From the sequence record SRR31156797_707: a stretch of DNA of 64,000 bases; one strand, written 5' to 3'. The number at the start of each line of letters is the position of its first letter. Positions within the stretch are counted from its first letter, which is position 1. A program made the position numbers and the translations under genes. Shown one piece after another: positions 61,348 to 64,000 of this stretch. Below the pieces are notes generated by a model. It saw nothing but the letters and a program-made list of their open reading frames with translations, had not been told where the DNA came from and did not search any database.

Positions 61348-61385
61348 TGTGTGCACATTTCACACATGTGTGCACTATCTGCACA
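61348..61385. promoter_or_regulatory. tandem enhancer (UAS) sites for an NtrC-family activator
   Basis: TGTGTGCACATTTCACACA + TGTGTGCACTATCTGCACA, adjacent 19-bp imperfect dyads. Confidence 0.6.
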
Positions 61386-61387
61386 AT

Positions 61388-62269
61388 TTAAAGATCTCGT
61401 TCGGTCTTAGTACAGTTTCTGCCGGACTCTTTCGCTATTTCAATAATCCTTCTGAGTCTTTCAAGCACAGCTTCGCAGTTTTCAAAATGATAAAACTCCG
61501 CAACAGCCATACTGGCAGTCAGTTCCAGCGACTGAGTAAGACGTATATCTTTCATTCTGATACGCAGATTTTCAGCCATGCGGCAAGCTTCGCTGAAACA
61601 GGTCACAGGCATAAGGATGAGAAATTCCTCGTCCTCCCACCTACCTTTGACATCATTTATTCGGGTAAATTCTTTAAGCATATTAGCGACTTCGATTAGA
61701 ATCTCGTCACCGATCTTCTTACCCATCTCTTTGTGAAATTTTTTAAAATGATCGATATCTATCATAATCAGACTGAAACCTGAGTTATATCTTTTATTAC
61801 GCTCCACTTCTTTGTATAAGTGCCACTCAAAGCCTTTCTTATTATGGATCCCAGTGAGACCGTCTATCATGTCGAGCCTGTCTATCTCGCTGGTTTTCTG
61901 CTCTACTACCTCGTAAGCTTTATCAAGCTCCCACTGCATCTTTTTAATATCTGTCACATCTGTTTTGATACACTGAACAGCTTCTCTCCCTTCTTGCCAG
62001 TCAACGGATTCTTGCACCATCTGATAGTGCCTGCTGTCAGCCTTATTAAAAACACCAAAACATACAGCCTCATCCATTGTTGCTGCTTTATCAACCTTAC
62101 AGACATCGCATTTCTTCTCTCGACCGTAGATAACTTCCCAGCACTTTCTACCGGAAAAGTCCGCCGCACCACTGCTAAGGTGTTTATTCACATATAAAAG
62201 TTCATAGCTATTCGGATCTATAATGTATACTAAAAATGGAAAAAGTTTACTTTTATGAGAATTTTGCAT
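61388..62269 (-). CDS. PAS-like + degenerate GGDEF protein
   Basis: DGLTGIHN, DIDHFK; active site reads RWEDEEF. Confidence 0.82.
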   Translation of the reverse strand: MQNSHKSKLFPFLVYIIDPNSYELLYVNKHLSSGAADFSGRKCWEVIYGREKKCDVCKVDKAATMDEAVCFGVFNKADSRHYQMVQESVDWQEGREAVQCIKTDVTDIKKMQWELDKAYEVVEQKTSEIDRLDMIDGLTGIHNKKGFEWHLYKEVERNKRYNSGFSLIMIDIDHFKKFHKEMGKKIGDEILIEVANMLKEFTRINDVKGRWEDEEFLILMPVTCFSEACRMAENLRIRMKDIRLTQSLELTASMAVAEFYHFENCEAVLERLRRIIEIAKESGRNCTKTERDL

Positions 62270-62475
62270 ATTTCACCCTAAAATCATATAACGATGTTTG
62301 TCAGTTGGAGAGATTATAGCATTAGCATAGTAAATATTCTTCATAAATTGTAAACATGTTACAATCACATAAGTTTCTAAACAGTATTATGATTTTCTGC
62401 ACGGTTAGATACTTATTGCCATTATTTGTAAAATAAATATGATAATTGTATAAATTAATACCCAAGGATCAAATT

Positions 62476-63570
62476 ATGTGCAAAAAAGTCTTCGTAGCTG
62501 CCACAGGGCAAAACTCCGGTAAAACAACTACCAGCCTATCACTTATGTACTGCGCACTTAAACGTTATAAACGTGTCGGATTTATAAAACCTGTTGGTCC
62601 GAAGCTTACAAGGTATCAGGGCAAAGATATGGATATGGACGCAGCCCTCATGGCTGAGGTTTACGGATTGGACGAAGATTTAGATCATATGTCACCTGTT
62701 ACGCTTTTCAAAGATACTACAAAAGAGGTTCTCGACGGCAAGATTACAGTAAAAAGCCTTGAGGATAAGATAATCAACGCTGTAAAAAAGCTAGAGGAGA
62801 AGTGTGATTTCCTCATCATAGAAGGCGCAGGACACAGTGGTGTCGGCTCTGTCCTCGGCATGAGTAACGCAAGGGTCGCAAAGCTCGTTGATGCTCCTGT
62901 ACTTATCATCGCAGGCGGCGGCATAGGTAACGTTATCGATGCTGTCCACATGAACCTTGCACTATATAAAAACGAAGGAGCACAGGTTAAACTTGTGCTT
63001 ATAAACAAGATTATTGCTGAAAAACGTGAGCAGACGATGAAGTATCTCAAGCTCGCTTTCAAAGATGAGGATTTCGAAGTGTTTGGCGGGCTTAACTATT
63101 CACCTATTCTCGCAAATCCAACACTCAACCATATATCACGCATCCTTGAGTTGCCTCTGCATGGTAACTCACACGATTTTAATAAGATTATCCATGCAAT
63201 ACAGCTAGGTGCGGCGTCATCACAGCGTGTTGTGGACCTGCTTAAAGAGAATACAGTTGTAGTGGTTACAAGCTCAAGAGACGAGCTTCTTGTGACACTC
63301 TCTTCTCTATACCATGATGTCCCGGAATACCGCCATAAAATTGCGGGGATAATAATCTCCGGTATCACGCCTATATCCAGTGTTACCCAGCAGATAATAG
63401 ACAACTGCGCCATCCCTTACATCAGAACCTCCCTAACAACAAGGCAGGCATACGTTAAACTTATGGAAGATGTAGCAAAGATATCAGCAGCGGATAAAGA
63501 GAAGATAACCCTCATTCAAAAGACTGTTGAAGAGACAAAAATATTCGATAAGATAGACCCGCTCTTTTAA
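62476..63570 (+). CDS. BioD-like AAA_26 + DRTGG protein (stand-alone phosphotransacetylase N-region)
   Basis: ATGQNSGKT, GFIKPVG, IEGAGH, VTSSRDE; no PTA catalytic domain. Confidence 0.85.
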   Translation: MCKKVFVAATGQNSGKTTTSLSLMYCALKRYKRVGFIKPVGPKLTRYQGKDMDMDAALMAEVYGLDEDLDHMSPVTLFKDTTKEVLDGKITVKSLEDKIINAVKKLEEKCDFLIIEGAGHSGVGSVLGMSNARVAKLVDAPVLIIAGGGIGNVIDAVHMNLALYKNEGAQVKLVLINKIIAEKREQTMKYLKLAFKDEDFEVFGGLNYSPILANPTLNHISRILELPLHGNSHDFNKIIHAIQLGAASSQRVVDLLKENTVVVVTSSRDELLVTLSSLYHDVPEYRHKIAGIIISGITPISSVTQQIIDNCAIPYIRTSLTTRQAYVKLMEDVAKISAADKEKITLIQKTVEETKIFDKIDPLF

Positions 63571-63574
63571 TATT

Positions 63575-64000
63575 ATGATCAGGTCAAAACTAAGGACAAA
63601 AGTACTGCTCGCATTTGTAATCCTTGCGGTGCTTCCGCTCTCATTTATAGTTTATTACTCATCTTTGAAGATATCGAAGATGGAAAACTTTCTGAAAAGC
63701 AGTACCACCGAGGCGCTGGACAGTATGGCGACCTCCTCCCTTGAGCTTCGGGCTGAGATGGTTTCCTCACAGGTAACTCAATTTCTTGAAAGTGTCGAAG
63801 GGGACGTAAGAGAGCTTGCGCTTCTGCCTGTCAGTGAATTAGCTTATGAAAAATTCAACAGGGCAAACCGTAAAGAAGTTTGGTATCTCGACGGCGACAG
63901 AGAGAAACACGAAAAACTCAGCCTGTATTCAGAGATATCATTCATAGCAGCCGATGGACAGGAACAAGTCAAAATTCAAAACGACATCGCCTCTGATAAG
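63575..64000 (+). CDS. membrane sensor protein with Cache-like periplasmic domain, 5' part; truncated by window edge
   Basis: Not in ORF track: MIRSKLRTKVLLAFVILAVLPLSFIVYYS...LYSEISFIAADGQEQVKI, open to the end of the window. Confidence 0.7.
   Translation, partial: MIRSKLRTKVLLAFVILAVLPLSFIVYYSSLKISKMENFLKSSTTEALDSMATSSLELRAEMVSSQVTQFLESVEGDVRELALLPVSELAYEKFNRANRKEVWYLDGDREKHEKLSLYSEISFIAADGQEQVKIQNDIASDK

Overview
Mostly housekeeping chromosome of an AT-rich anaerobic Gram-negative bacterium; gene content and order suggest Deferribacterales (Denitrovibrio-like), which is an inference. It contains an AhbD-like radical SAM gene, four c-di-GMP enzymes, a LuxR solo, feoAB, trxA, mreBCD-mrdA-rodA with a B12-binding radical SAM gene, lysS, serA, hemE-hemH, ubiA/ubiX, an acetate-permease (ActP-type) cluster, an iscS-iscU-nfu cluster, coaX/birA, leuS-lptE-holA, phoU-phoB-phoR with tandem Na/Pi cotransporters, and a DUF1998 helicase-exonuclease fusion. 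No tRNA, rRNA, CRISPR array, IS transposase or prophage was seen. Best candidates for undescribed biology: (1) a GTCA-tagged REP-like palindrome family with covarying stems at four loci, one directly behind a minimal stand-alone GIY-YIG nuclease gene; (2) an intact Acs homologue lacking key catalytic motifs, clustered with ActP, a cNMP-CBS-DUF294 nucleotidyltransferase and a CBS protein; (3) a LuxR solo next to two lux-box-like sites that appear to drive divergent small transcripts; (4) an IscS lacking the PLP Schiff-base lysine. All family calls are from motif recognition by eye; no database search was run.
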